64,000 nucleotides of DNA from the human T2T-CHM13v2.0 reference genome, Homo sapiens. How positions within the stretch are numbered: position 1 is the first letter of the stretch; the number at the start of each line of letters is the position of its first letter. The notes below the pieces were generated by a model, which was not told where the DNA came from, made no database searches, and saw nothing but the letters and a program-made list of their open reading frames with translations. Where the stretch lies: assembly GCF_009914755.1 (NCBI RefSeq), contig NC_060938.1. One strand, given 5' to 3'. The position numbers and the translations under genes were made by a program. Shown here piece after piece: positions 14,831 through 27,470 of the stretch.

Positions 14831-15247
14831 AAGGTCAGACTATGATTGGCTGCGGAATCATGGTTCATTACTAGCAGTTGCTGCTTTGCAGAGTGAGAGG
14901 TTGGTCCTTGACTTTCTATAATTATTCAGATTGAGTGCTTGTGGTTTGTTCAGAAACCTGAAGCTTTATGAAAGCAAAAGAGGAACACTGGAGTTCAGTC
15001 TCTGCTACCTGCCTCCTTTCTGCTGGTACCCTAAAGCCTGCACTCCTCCACAGGGGCTGCCCTGACTTTTGCTTTGCTTTGGTGTTAGGTTTTATGTTTG
15101 CTCCCCTTATGATGATAATGATAACAACAGTAGCAGGTTCATTGAACACCCGTCACCTGTGAGTTGTTATGTTTGGTTCTTCTCCCCATCATCTCATCCA
15201 GTCTTCACTTAAGATTAATGTTAAGGTTACCTTCCTTCCACAGATGG

Positions 15248-15612
15248 TGATATGATTTGGCTGTGTCCCCACTCAAATCTCATCTTGAATTGTAGCTCCC
15301 ATAATCTCCACGTGTTGTGGGAGAGACCCAGTGGGAGGTTATAGAATCATGGAGGTGGGACAGGTCTTTCCTGTGCTGGTCTCATGATATGAATTAGTCT
15401 CACAAGACCTGATGGTTTTATAAAGGAGAGTTTCCCTGTGCACGATCTCTTGCCTGCTGCCATGTAAGACATGACTTTGCTTCTCCTTGCCTTCTGCCAT
15501 GATTGAGGCCTCCCCAGCCTTGCTGAACTGTGAGGCAATTAAACCTCTTTTCTTTATAAATTATCCAGTCTTGGGTATGTCTTTATTAGCAGCATGAGAA
15601 TGGACTAATACA
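15248..15612 (+). mobile_element. THE1B-like solo LTR (ERVL-MaLR), inserted in a MIR
   Basis: tgatatgatttggctgtgtcccc...ggactaataca; TG..CA termini; perfect 5-bp TSD gatgg. Confidence 0.93.
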
Positions 15613-16089
15613 GATGGGAAGCTCAGACAGGTTGAGATGCCTGCCCAAATCCACTCACCTGGTGAGTGGCAGATCCAAGATTCAAAGCCACCTTTGTCTT
15701 TCTTCAGGGTCCATCCTCAGGTCCTGCCATACTGCCTGTCTCTGCACACAGCTGTGCTACTTTTAACCAGCTTCCCACTGCACCTGCCTGGGCTCCACAA
15801 GTCCCCTGCAGCCCAAATGGCCTCTGTGCACTCGGGTCTCCAGCCTCAAGGCTCCTCACTGTTCTTAGCTTTTAGTTTTCTGCCCCAGAACGGGTGACTT
15901 GCATCAGCCCTGCCCTTGATGGGCATGAGGCATCCCCCATTTCTGTGTGATATATCCTCATTTGGGGGGCAGAGGATGCGTCCCTTGAATTCTCTTGTAG
16001 TTCACAGAATGAGGCCCTTTGATCAGTTGTATGAGGTTCTCCACCAACTATCTCTGTGACTTTGCATTGCTATTCTTCTAATGGTAGAA

Positions 16090-16700
16090 GCTGAACCTTA
16101 GGACCCAGATTTAGACAATTCTCTGTCCTTCATTTCCCACCCAATCTAATCACTTTCCAAACCCTGTGGATTTCTCCCTGCACATCTCTGACACCTAGCA
16201 GCTTCTCTCTAGGACCACTCAGCAGCCCTGGCTCCTGTTACCTTTTGCCTGGCATGTCCAAGTTGTCTATCTTGTCTCTGTTCATCTAATCTTGACCACT
16301 TCCAACACATTCACCATACAGCAGCCATCATGACGATTAAAGTCTGATCAGGACTCTGCTCTATATACAATACGTCCATGGCTCCCTACTGGTCTGAAGG
16401 TAAAAATCTCAGCCTCCACTCTCTGCAAAAGCTGATTCCTACCTACCTCTCTCTTGACTTTCTCAGATTTCAGTTCAAAGGCCACTTCCTTCACTACCAC
16501 ACTAACTCAGGATGTCTTTGTTAGCTACTACTGAAGTTCTTGGACTTATTCTTTGTGGAATCAATCGCCCCTTTAATTAAATAACTGATTGCATAACTGG
16601 GATAATGTCTGCCTCCCTTACAAAAATGTAAGTTTCACAAGGAAATGAATGGAGTTGTTTACTGTTAGATTCTTAGTGCATGCAAAGTGTCTGCAGAGAA
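16090..16700 (+). mobile_element. L2 remnant
   Basis: cagcagcc...aaagtctgatca; ccatggctccctactg; aatgtctgcctccc...aatgtaagtttcac. Confidence 0.65.
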
Positions 16701-16800
16701 AAGAAAATGAGGAAAAAGGAATTCCTTCTTCATGATACGAATGAGAAGTATAAAGTCCTTTTATGAAAAGTGAATTGTTTCACTTGTTCACTTGATGCTT

Positions 16801-16929
16801 GACAGATGTTGGCAAGCAGCAAACATGGCTTCTGGAACCTCGTAGATGCTTACAGATGAGAGCTATTCTTGTTTTGACCCCAGATCCATTGCTTCATTAA
16901 ATCACAGGCATAGGCTCAACTCACTGCAT
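16801..16929 (+). repeat. Dispersed direct repeat, copy A (partner 19499-19631)
   Basis: Colinear match including gatgagagct(a/g)ttcttgttttgac and cttcattaaa(t/a)cacaggcataggctcaactc. Confidence 0.9.
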
Positions 16930-17799
16930 TTCTCTTCTTTGCAAGTGTGATGGTATCATTATATACATAAGCCCCATGTCCAGAATCATCTTTCCAACCA
17001 AATGCTAGTGACATTTTGAGATTTGGAATCTTAATCTTTGGAAGGTAATATCAGTTCCTTCATTTGGGGCATTTTTTAAATTTGGATTTCATTTGATAAC
17101 CATCATGAAATCCATTCCCCTAAAGATGGGGACATCATCCATTGGGCACAATATACCATCTCTTCCCAGAGCATGCCCATCAAAGGGTGTTGGGAGGAAC
17201 CAGCAGGCAGTGTGTGTTGTATCACCTGCCACAGGGCTTGATGCATGCTTCTCATCACCCTACTTTTTTCAAATTAATAAATGAGTGATGAGAAGGTACA
17301 CAGGACTTTTCAGGGAGGCAAAGAAAACCAATTAGGATGTGCTCAACTCTGGCTAGTTCCACACATTGAAGACTCTAAATGAGGTCAAAGAAAAGATAAC
17401 CCGAAAAATAAGCTTCCATAGTGATGCTTTTTCATGCCATGATAGTCATCCCTCCTTTCATACTATAGAATTGTCTGAGCTGCTGTGACCCCTGAAAGAA
17501 GAGGGGGATCAGGATCAATTCTCACCAAGGCTGACTGGAGACACCTTGTTTGTTCCTTTGTAGTTAAGGATAGTGCACTGCCTCATATGCAAAGTGGGCT
17601 GTGGTCATGAACATCCATGGAGTGGGAAGAGGCTCAAGCTCCCATTATATGGCTTTAGTATGCATAAGAAGCTATTGTTTAAAAGAAAAGTCTTCTTTTT
17701 CAAAGTACTATTTGTTGGAGGCTCAATAGGTATTGAGTGCTATGCTAAAAGCTTTACATGCATCATTTATTTAATTCTTTTTTTCAGAATAATATTTTT

Positions 17800-17920
17800 A
17801 TTTATTTCTTTTTCCCCTCCAACTTCTTTTTTAGGTTCAGGAGGTTGTACTTGTGCAAGTTTGTTACATAGCTAAATTGTGTGTCACTGGGGTTTGGTAT
17901 ATACATGATTTTGTCACCAG
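17800..17920 (-). mobile_element. Short L1PA/L1PB 3' terminal fragment
   Basis: ttttaggttcaggagg...gtgcaagtttgttacatag...ggggtttggt. Confidence 0.75.
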
Positions 17921-19498
17921 CCCAAGAAGAAACATGTCCTTTCTCAAGAATACAGCCCTATTTTTGACATAATCCAGTAAAATAATAATTCCTAAAAAAT
18001 AAATTTATTTCAACATGAACAAGACAGCATACCTGCAAATTCAATCTGTAAAACTAAAAAACTTAAATTGTAGTTCTCACTGTTTAATTCAAATAGTAAT
18101 CAGTAAGCATAAGTTTATGCTTAAATTCAAGTTTATTTTGCAGTTGTCCTTAAAATTAAAACTGAGTAATTTGTATGTCTTTCTATTTTTTCAGTTTATT
18201 TGAACCAATAAAGTAATTTCATCTCTTTCAAAAAAATAAATAAATGAACTTGGATACCTTGTATAGATTCTGTTCCTATTAGTAAATGTGGGGCCTTTCC
18301 CCCTGATCGCCTGCCTGAGAACTCAGAGTTGCAATGACATAAAAGCAATTTGCTTGAGGATTACAAAGGAAGGGACCAAAATCTATCGTCTGAGTGCGTG
18401 TGTGGGGCTCACTTGATAAATAGCACCATCTTCTTCAACTTGTAGATGTTACAGCTCTGATAAGTTTGTTCGGGAGAGGAATTTGGAAACAGGCTGGCGT
18501 TGAAACGCAGGGAAAATGCAGAGGGAGAGAGACAGGACTGCTCATCACCCAGAAAGTCTGCATACCCAGGCTCTGCCATTACCCATTAACAGGAGACGGG
18601 CGTAATTACACAGCAGCCTGGGAGAGGTCTCTGACTGAAACCCACAAATAAAACTCTCTGGTTCCTGGTGAAGCTGTCTCGATCCCTTTCCAGAGAAGGC
18701 TATGCATCTGAGTAACCTTTTAATGCGCCTCTCTTCCTCTTGCTGATACACTGGATAATTATTTATTTTGTTGTCTAATTAGTTAATTAGGCTGGCGTTG
18801 TGTTTTAAGTCGAAAATCCTGTTGTTTAGTTACTAGAAAATGGCTTTTTGTCTGTTTGGGGTATTTTGCAGGGTAATGGGGACTTATTAATTGAGTGTCT
18901 GGCTCTGGGTGAAGCTGCTCAGGGACACAGTGTGGAATTTCTGGGAGTAAATTACGCATTAGCTGCGGAAGGCTGTGTTCAAAACAAGAGCACCTGGGTG
19001 CAGGCAAAGTGCTGGTGGACAGTTTCAGTTGTCATTTCATTTCCTCATGTGTATGTGGCAATTTACAGTTTGCAAAGCCCGTTCACTTAAAATAGCTCAT
19101 TTAGTCCTAAGTAAAGAGCCTTTGGAATGCATTTTATTACTTCTAATTTACAGATGGGGCAGCTGAGGGTCTAGACAGTCTGCGGCTGGCTCACGGGCCT
19201 CGCCGTCCTGCTAGGTAAGCTGTCTGTTAAATTGGGCAGTAAAGAGGAAAACAAAATAGGGTGAGCCCTGGACTAGAAGGTCCTAGGTTTGAATTCAAGT
19301 CCCTCCACTTTTATTTTAACCAACAGTCAGGATGCCACTAGCCAGTCGTCTGTCTAGACCCAGATGCTGTGCATGGATATCACGGGACCCCTTGCTGCCC
19401 GGGAGGACTGGGCTGACTGGCATCCCTGGGAACTTTAGCAAACCCCTGGCAAACGGGAGAAATTCCATTTACCTTGAAAGACTCTTCCCAGGTTGAGA

Positions 19499-19631
19499 GA
19501 CAGCATCTGTCAAACACCGCAGGTGGCGTCTGGAACCTAGTAGGTGCTTAAGGATGAGAGCTGTTCTTGTTTTGACTGCAGGTCCATCGCTCACTTCATT
19601 AAAACACAGGCATAGGCTCAACTCCCTGCAT
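19499..19631 (+). repeat. Dispersed direct repeat, copy B (partner 16801-16929)
   Basis: See copy A. Confidence 0.9.
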
Positions 19632-19892
19632 GAACTAGGTTTTTGTCAGGGCTCCTCTGCAGCCTTTGGGTCAGCCTCCTGCTGTGGTTCCACATGCTTT
19701 GCTCTCTGCGCTCCTTCGTCGCATCCTTCCCACTGGGCTCTAGTGGTTCTCACATGCTCCCTTCCAAAACCAACTTCTTTCTTCTACTGGTAACTTGGTC
19801 TCTCATGGCAGTACCTGCACTAAGTGCCAAGCAATTCACCTTCCGGCTTTCATAGCATTCCATCTTATTTTCACACAATGCAATAAGGTGGC

Positions 19893-20374
19893 TGTGTTAG
19901 TTTTCTAGCACTGTGTGGAACAAAATAACACAGATGCCTGACGAAAGAAACAAGATGTCTTCGACAACAGAAATTGATTTTAGGACGGTTCTGGAGGCTG
20001 GAAGTCTGAGGTCATGGTGTTTGTAGGGTGGCTCCTTCTGAGGCTGTGAGTGAGAAGGTGTTTTCCGTCTTCTTCCTGACTTCTGCTGGTTGTCAGTCAT
20101 CTCTGTCGTTTCTTGACTTGTAGAAGCATCGCTTGATCTCTGCCTTCCTCTTCACATGGCGTTCTCTTTATGTGCATGTGTCCATGTCTAATTTCCCCCT
20201 TTTGATTAGGATGCAAGTCCTATTAGATTAGGGCCCACCCTACAGCAGTGTGACTTTGTCTTAACTAAGAACATCTGTAAGGAGCCCATTTTTGAATAAG
20301 GTTCCATTTTTGAGGTCCTGGGGCTTAAGGCTTCAACATACGAATTTTGAGGGGACACAATTCAACCCATAACA
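19893..20374 (-). mobile_element. MLT1 (B-like) solo LTR
   Basis: tgtgttagtttt...gttctggaggctggaagtctgag...ggggacacaattcaacccataaca; TSD gtggc/gtggg. Confidence 0.88.
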
Positions 20375-20408
20375 GTGGGTCTTATTTTTTTTCACTGCTC
20401 AGGTAAAG

Positions 20409-20451
<43 letters not shown>

Positions 20452-20453
20452 AT
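20409..20453 (+). repeat. (TAAA)n microsatellite
   Basis: Read directly. Confidence 0.95.
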
Positions 20454-21661
20454 CTCAGAGAAACAATGCATGCCAGGTCTGGGAACTAGTTTTTGGCATG
20501 GCTGTTCTAAACCAAGTCTCCCCAACAATTCCAGGGAGCAGAGTCTTTCTTTTTTGACAAACAGCCTCTCTAAAAACCAGAGAGGCAAGGCGGGCATTGG
20601 TCTGGAGCTGAAGGAGACTGGCAGCAGGTTTCCCCAAGGCTGGCATTTGCCATCCCCGCTTTGGAGTATACCTATGAATGTTTGAGGCTCTGCTTCAGAA
20701 AAGCATTGGATCTGTCTTGACATGGCCGGGAGGCTGGTTTTCCCTCTGGTTTCATCAGGTCTTTGAAGTTCATGGACAAGCTGCTTCCCAGGAGCCCAGG
20801 CCCTCTCTGCCTCAGGTGTGTGTTCACGTGGCATCTGGGCCTTCTGGGCTCTCACCACACCTTACATTTGATCTTCCTGAAATATGGCCCACGTTGGCGC
20901 ATCCTGGGGCCCTGCTCAGGCTATCCCTGAGCCTGCCAACTGCTCTGTCTTCCAGAGTGAGCTAAACACAGTCTCTTCTCCTTCGCAGGCTCCAACAACT
21001 ACTCCCGCAGGCAGCGTGAATGCTTCCTTCAGCTTTCCTTTCTGCTAAAAGGCTACTTTATATCACCACCTCCATGGATTGCCATAGAATTATTTTGGCT
21101 TCTCTTCTTGCATCCACCCTTAGACTACGTCCTGCTTATAGAAATACATTGACTTTGAGTTTATGTCCCCTCTGGTAGGTTCATCTTTGTCTTCCCAGCA
21201 CCAGGCATAGGTAGACTTTGCAAATAACAGGGGCAGAACAAATGACATTCAAGAATGGTTGTGTCTATACCTGGGCACTGATCTTCAATATGGATACTGA
21301 AAAAAAAGTTTCTGCTTCAGAGAGGTGTTATCGAAACCATTAGAGAGAGAATTCAAACTCAAGTCTTAGGAAGGACAGTTGAAAGAAGGACCAAATTTCA
21401 GCCTAATAAGCTGCTCAAAGGGCCTAAGATCACAGGCTTCTGATTGAAAAGGCTGTGCTAGGTCAGACAGAGTGAATGCAACCTACCAGTTACTCTATCC
21501 TGCCAAGAGGATTCATACACAGAACTTAAGTGAGTCAGGTTTTAGTTCAACATGCAGGAGAAATTCCTCATGGAGCTGTCAAAAAATAAAGTAATAAAAC
21601 AATAAAATGAAACGAGAAGGCCATGTTTCCCCAGTCTAGAATGAGTTCTCTAAATCTAGGG

Positions 21662-21892
21662 CAGAAGTTCTCAACTGGGGCAATTTTGACATCCTCATCC
21701 CCCCACAACCAGGGGATTGTTGCCAATGTCTGGAGCCTTCTTGAATTGAAACACTGTTGGATGGGGGGCTGCTAATGGCTTCCAGTGGCGGATGCCAAAA
21801 ATGCTGCTCAAAAGCCTACAGTACACAGGACAGCCCACAAGAAAGGATTGTCGGGCCCCAAATTTCTATAGTGCTGAAATTGAGAAACCCTG
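21662..21892 (+). mobile_element. MER20 (hAT-Charlie)
   Basis: cagaagttctcaactgggggcaatttt...caatgtctggag...cacaggacagccc...tgctgaaattgagaaaccctg. Confidence 0.88.
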
Positions 21893-21894
21893 AA

Positions 21895-22125
21895 CCAGAG
21901 GTATTTCATCCCAAAGCGGACCATGTATTGGTAATGTAGCATGAGTGTGAGAGTTTATCATGCCTAAGACTCCCCAGGTAAGCTGGTTAAATGTCCATAC
22001 TCTTGGGTTCCAGCTCCTAGGGATGTTATTTCAGTGGATCTGGAGTAGGCTTGGGAGCCGGCTTTTCTGTTAACAAGAACCCTGGCGACCCTAAGTAGGA
22101 ATTTGGGGCCCCCACTCTGAGAAAT
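21895..22125. mobile_element. MER5-like remnant
   Basis: agctggttaaatg...tttcagtggatctggagtagg...ttaacaagaaccc. Confidence 0.6.
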
Positions 22126-23295
22126 ATTTTGCCAGATGACCTTTGAGGTCCCTCCAACCCTGTAATCTCCTGACTTCAAGAGAGAAGCAGCAGAAAAGTT
22201 AAAGGCATTTATCTGATTCCCACCTTCAGAAAATACTGGTTGAAGGGCTCAATTAATTAGGACTTTTAAAAAACTTGGAGATCTATTTTTTAATAAGAAA
22301 ATGAACATAAGTGCAAAGCATCATGACTACTCATTATTTAATTTAACGATTTGTGAAGATTCTGTTGCCATGGTGACTGAGCACTATTTATAAAAATTAA
22401 GAACATAAATTATAAATAATAATATTATTACAAGCAGAAGGGACTCGAACCTCTCAATCAGAGGGAGTAATTTCCAGATGGAAAACAAAACAAAACAAAA
22501 AACAACAAAAAAAACAACATTGTTTGCATCACATATGGGGAAGGGTGCTGGCGGATTTGTATTTCCACAGTGTTCTAGAGGGAGAAATCAGGTCAAGATG
22601 ATGATTTCATGTCATTTGCATGACAGTCCATGTCTTTGTATTCTGTGGGGTGTATCAGATCTGCTGTGTGATTCAGGACAGCGAAGGTGGGGCTAATAAT
22701 GGTGTTAGAGAAAGCACAGAGGCAGGGCTGAGATGTCACCTCTGAGATGTCAGAGTCAGCACTTGGCTACTCCACAACCCCCTCACCATGGTGATACAAA
22801 CCAGCTTCCCAACTTTTCCTAGACTCAGGAAGAGTCAGGTCAGAATGTCTGCATTTATTGAGAGGCAGGCAAGTCCTCCACTGGATTGCAGTCAGTTTCA
22901 TTCAATCCACGTGTTCAGGCATTGTGTCCTAGGGTAGCTGAGGCCAAGGGAAGTGGGCCAGCCAAGGAGGTTGAGACAGAGGCCAATGGGGCAACACTGC
23001 TGCCCTCAGAGTTTGCAGCCAGACTCTGCTGCCAAGTGATTAAGGGTCTCCGTCATCAAGTGTGGGATCCCCAAATTAGGGAAAACTACTTCCATCTAGG
23101 AGATCCAGGAGAGGAACTGAGACCAAGTGTTCAACTAAGATCATGTGCCTTGTGTTGGTGGTAAAGCAATATCAGAGCCCCAGTATGGTAATTCTCAATC
23201 TAATGCCTGTCTATGTGATCAGGCTTCTCCCCTTGTTGTCCTCCCAGGGCCCTCTGCAGACCAGCTACCTCCACCAGTTGCTAATAAGCACTCCT

Positions 23296-23653
<358 letters not shown>

Positions 23654-26600
23654 CTAGAAACAGGCTGGATTGCCCTAAGAGATTGCTCTGGTGGGGCACC
23701 ATACAATGCCAAATCTAGTTACACCATTTGTTTCCTAACACAGCTGATTGTTGATTACTAACCATGTTTACACTAGGGATTTCCGCATTAAGGCTCTTCT
23801 CCTTACCCATTGCGTGTCCAAACTCTGTCCATCCCACAAGTAATAAAGTAAGCCAACACTGACTCCAGAAATCCTTCCCTGATGCCCAAAACCACCCCTT
23901 GTATTTTGAGGCAACATGTTGGAATCAGAGGTCAGGGTGCATTTCTGACGACAAAGCCATTGTGCAGATAAGAAAGTTCTGGCTTCTGCTCTTGCATTTG
24001 AATTGGTTCTGGACTAGCCTTGGCACACCAGCCTGCCTCGGGCAGACATGTGGAAGGCAAGCTCAGACAGCTATCAGCACAAACCCCCAAAGAGTGGACC
24101 CCAATATAATCCTCTTGTCCACTGAATTACTTCAAATTAAGGTGCTTTGAAGGATTCAGGGTTAACCAAAACATACTCCAGGCACTGATAGCAAATGGAA
24201 TGTTTACAGAATATAATTGCCTTTCCTAGACACGGCAAAGGGAATTAGGTCTCCACAGAGCCAGTGCTAGGATGAATACTTGTACACAGATGGGAAGCAT
24301 AAGACGAGGCCTAGCAAAGCAAGTGGGTATATATTAAGGGGGAAAAAAGTGCTTGAGCAATTGAATTCATCCCCTTTGACTTCACTCCTAAAATGTTTAT
24401 TTTATTTCTTAAAAAGGTAAGTTAGTTAAGCAGTGAAAATGGGATATGCACTGTCCAATTAAAAAGTTAACAAACATTTTTTGGCATAGGAGAGGAGTTG
24501 TTCCCACCATAGTGACTCAAGGGAAAGAGATGGGGAAGGAGAAATAGCCTTTTCTCCCAAAGGTCATCTGGCCACAGAAGCCAGGGACGTACTGACTGTC
24601 CTGGTGTGGGTGCCAGGCATCGGAGCTGACGAGCAGAGCATTAAGGGCATGTGTGCATGCAGCCAGCTTCCTTCTTGCTCTTTGGGTTGTAGAGGTCATA
24701 AGTGATACTGCTTTGGATCCAGGTAATCTCTTTAAGGCTTTGATGGTTATTCTCCCTCATGTCTCGCTACAAAACTTTTTTTGAGGAGTAGGAGAAAAAT
24801 GGAGGTTATTTATACCAACTTATAAATGAGGACCTTGACCTCCAGAGAGGTCAGAATTACCTAGAAAGCTGTCTATCGGATTGTGTCCAGCGTGACCTAA
24901 CACCTCAGATTAACCATCCTTTTCTCACCATCAGATCTGCCTTTATTCTCAGAGTGGGGGAGCTTTCAGCCAAGCCAAGGCCATGAGCCTATCACTGTCT
25001 CCTGCTTTGCCACCTGCCTCCAAACCTGCTGTATCGATCTCCTCACCTCTAGCCTAATCGATTGCCTGGCGACGTTCTCCCACTCCTTTCCAAGGCTGAC
25101 GAAAAACACAGCCCTCTCTGCCTGCACACATCTTGGGCTTCCAGGGGCTGCATTCTGCATTCGCCCCTGAAAACATGTCTTTCTGTCTTCTCTCTGGAGG
25201 AAACCCCAAGCCAAGTCTTGCTCTAATGACTCTACCTGCATCTCCACTGGATTTGACCATGAGATACAACAACCAGGACATTTGTTCCTGGTCTTCTTGA
25301 ACCTGTATGAGGAAAACAGCTTCCTAAGGATCTCCAGGCCAATGTGAGCCCTGGTGACTCAGTGTCTACCCTGGGAAATTCAAGCAAAATAGTTCTCCTA
25401 CATTTCCTTGCTCTGTTCTCATCTACCTGAGTTATCTATGACTAAGGATCAGACACATTTTATGATGTTGATTATTTCTTCCAAATGAGAGTAGGTAGAG
25501 GAAAAAAGAAAAGTTAAGGAATTTGACATTTGACTCATTGTACGGATGGATTGTATGGCAGGCAGTAACACCCCACTTCAAGGACAACCCACAGGCCTGA
25601 TAGCTGTGCAGCCATCTGACCGCAAGGACTCTATGGAGAATCATGTGGATTTCCTTTGCAGATTTGGCCTGAGTCGGTTTCCTCCACAGGGCTTTACCAA
25701 CAGTCATTGAACCTGCCACAACCTGAACCCTTGTCTGTTCAGATCTGGGTTGGGTGAACAGGGAGAGATTTGTTTTTATTTTTCCTCAAGGGAAAAGGAG
25801 GGGCACGGGGAGGGAAAGAGGAGGATGGGTTTGTTGGCTTGTTTGAGTCCCATAAATACTAATTCATCAAAGGTTAGAAAATAATTCGTTTTCCATGGAG
25901 ATACTGCAGGCTTCTTGCCCAGTGTTCAGATAAACGTTTATTTAGGCAGATAGTTTATGAATTATACAGTGCTTTTTAAAAATGGGGTGATGGGGAAAAA
26001 ATATAACATCCTGAAGTGCTTCCTTTGGTTCCATCAGAACCAAATGAAGAATTCCTCTGAAAGAGACAGGTATTCCTGCGGTCGAGCTGCCCCCACCTCC
26101 ACAGCCACTCTTGGCCACCCATGGCCTGCACAGCTAAGGTCAAGGACTCTTGGACTCACAAAATAGCAGGGCTGAAATGGGCTGTTTGAAGAGCTGTGGA
26201 CCTTCCTCCTAGGAAAATAAGTATATGCTTACACATCCAACAAGTTTTCCATAATTCCCAATGTGCACAGGCTACTAGAAGCCCTCCAGGAACATCCTAA
26301 GAGTCCTTGCACTCCAGTTAAAGGGTCCTGCTTCAGCTCAAATGCCTTATTTGATAGATGTGGGGATCAGGAGCTAAGCCCAGAAAGAGGCAATTCAAAT
26401 TGTAAGTCCACGGGCAGCCACATCGGATGTAGGATGGAGCCTTTCTTATTCCTGATCCTCTTCCACCAAGAAAACAAAGAAAATCCAAATCCGCAGGTGG
26501 AGGTCTAGCTGGTGGAGTCGGGGGTGGGGGGCAAAGTGAGGCCTGAAACAGAGTCACCCAGGTGTTGGTAATTGAGAATCTGGAGGGACTCAGTGCTTGT

Positions 26601-27094
26601 GTTGAGTCTAGAGACACCTTTGCATCCTCAGTGCACAATGCAACACCTGCTGTTATCATTTGGGGAATATTAGTTCAATTAACTCAATAACGTAAGCTAA
26701 TTTCTGTTCCATGACAGAAACTAAGGACACAAACATGAATAAGAAACAGTCTAGTAAAGAAGTCAGATAAAAAGAAAGGAAAAAAAACTAAATAAATTAG
26801 ATCTTTATAGTTTGTTATGAAAGAGGTTTAATAGAAGACATGGCAGTAAAGAGGAAGAAACTATTATTTCTGCTGAAGGTGACAAAAAGAAAAGCCTCAT
26901 TTAGGAAATAAGATTTCACCCAGGTCTTGAAATACAAGTAAAAGAAAGGTCAACATATTGATTAGGATCCATAACCAATTTAAATAATGAGAAGAAACGA
27001 AGAAAAATAAACAGAAGGGAGGAAGAAAAGAAGAGAAGGAAATAAGAAGAGAAAGGGAGGTTAGGAGGAAGTACCCAGATAGGAAGATAGAAAT

Positions 27095-27470
27095 TAGTCC
27101 AGGTGCTTCAATTGGAGGGAGTCAGATATCGGGAATTGGTTACACAGGGCCACGGAATTTCTGAGGAGTCAAATAAGAGAATAGTGAGAGAATATAGGAA
27201 TTAGTAACAGCTGGAAGCCAATACCACCAAGAAAGGAGATGGTGTTATCAGAACCCAGGAGCAGAGGCCATCTGGTGGGAGCTAGAGCCACAGGAGACAC
27301 TTCCCAGTAGGAGCTGGAAACACAGAGGGACATGACATTGGAGAGCAGGGAAAGCACACAGGCTTTTCCTTCCCCTACCCTCTGACCTTCTGGCAGTGTC
27401 TCCCAATAGTCAGCCCCACTCGGAAGCTGGAGGAGAGTCGGGCTGGGTAAATGCAATGCCTCATGTTGTA
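27095..27470. mobile_element. Old ERVL/MaLR-class LTR remnant (LTR33-like)
   Basis: gggaattggttacacagg; cttctggcagtgtctcccaatagtcagccc...ggaagctggagg. Confidence 0.5.

Noticed and set aside
16801-19631. Direct repeats as LTRs of a retroelement
   Set aside because: No TG..CA termini, TSD, PBS or PPT seen, and the interior is not retroviral
20382-20858. 158-aa minus-strand ORF
   Set aside because: Runs into a (TTTA)n repeat; no homology recognised or splice support
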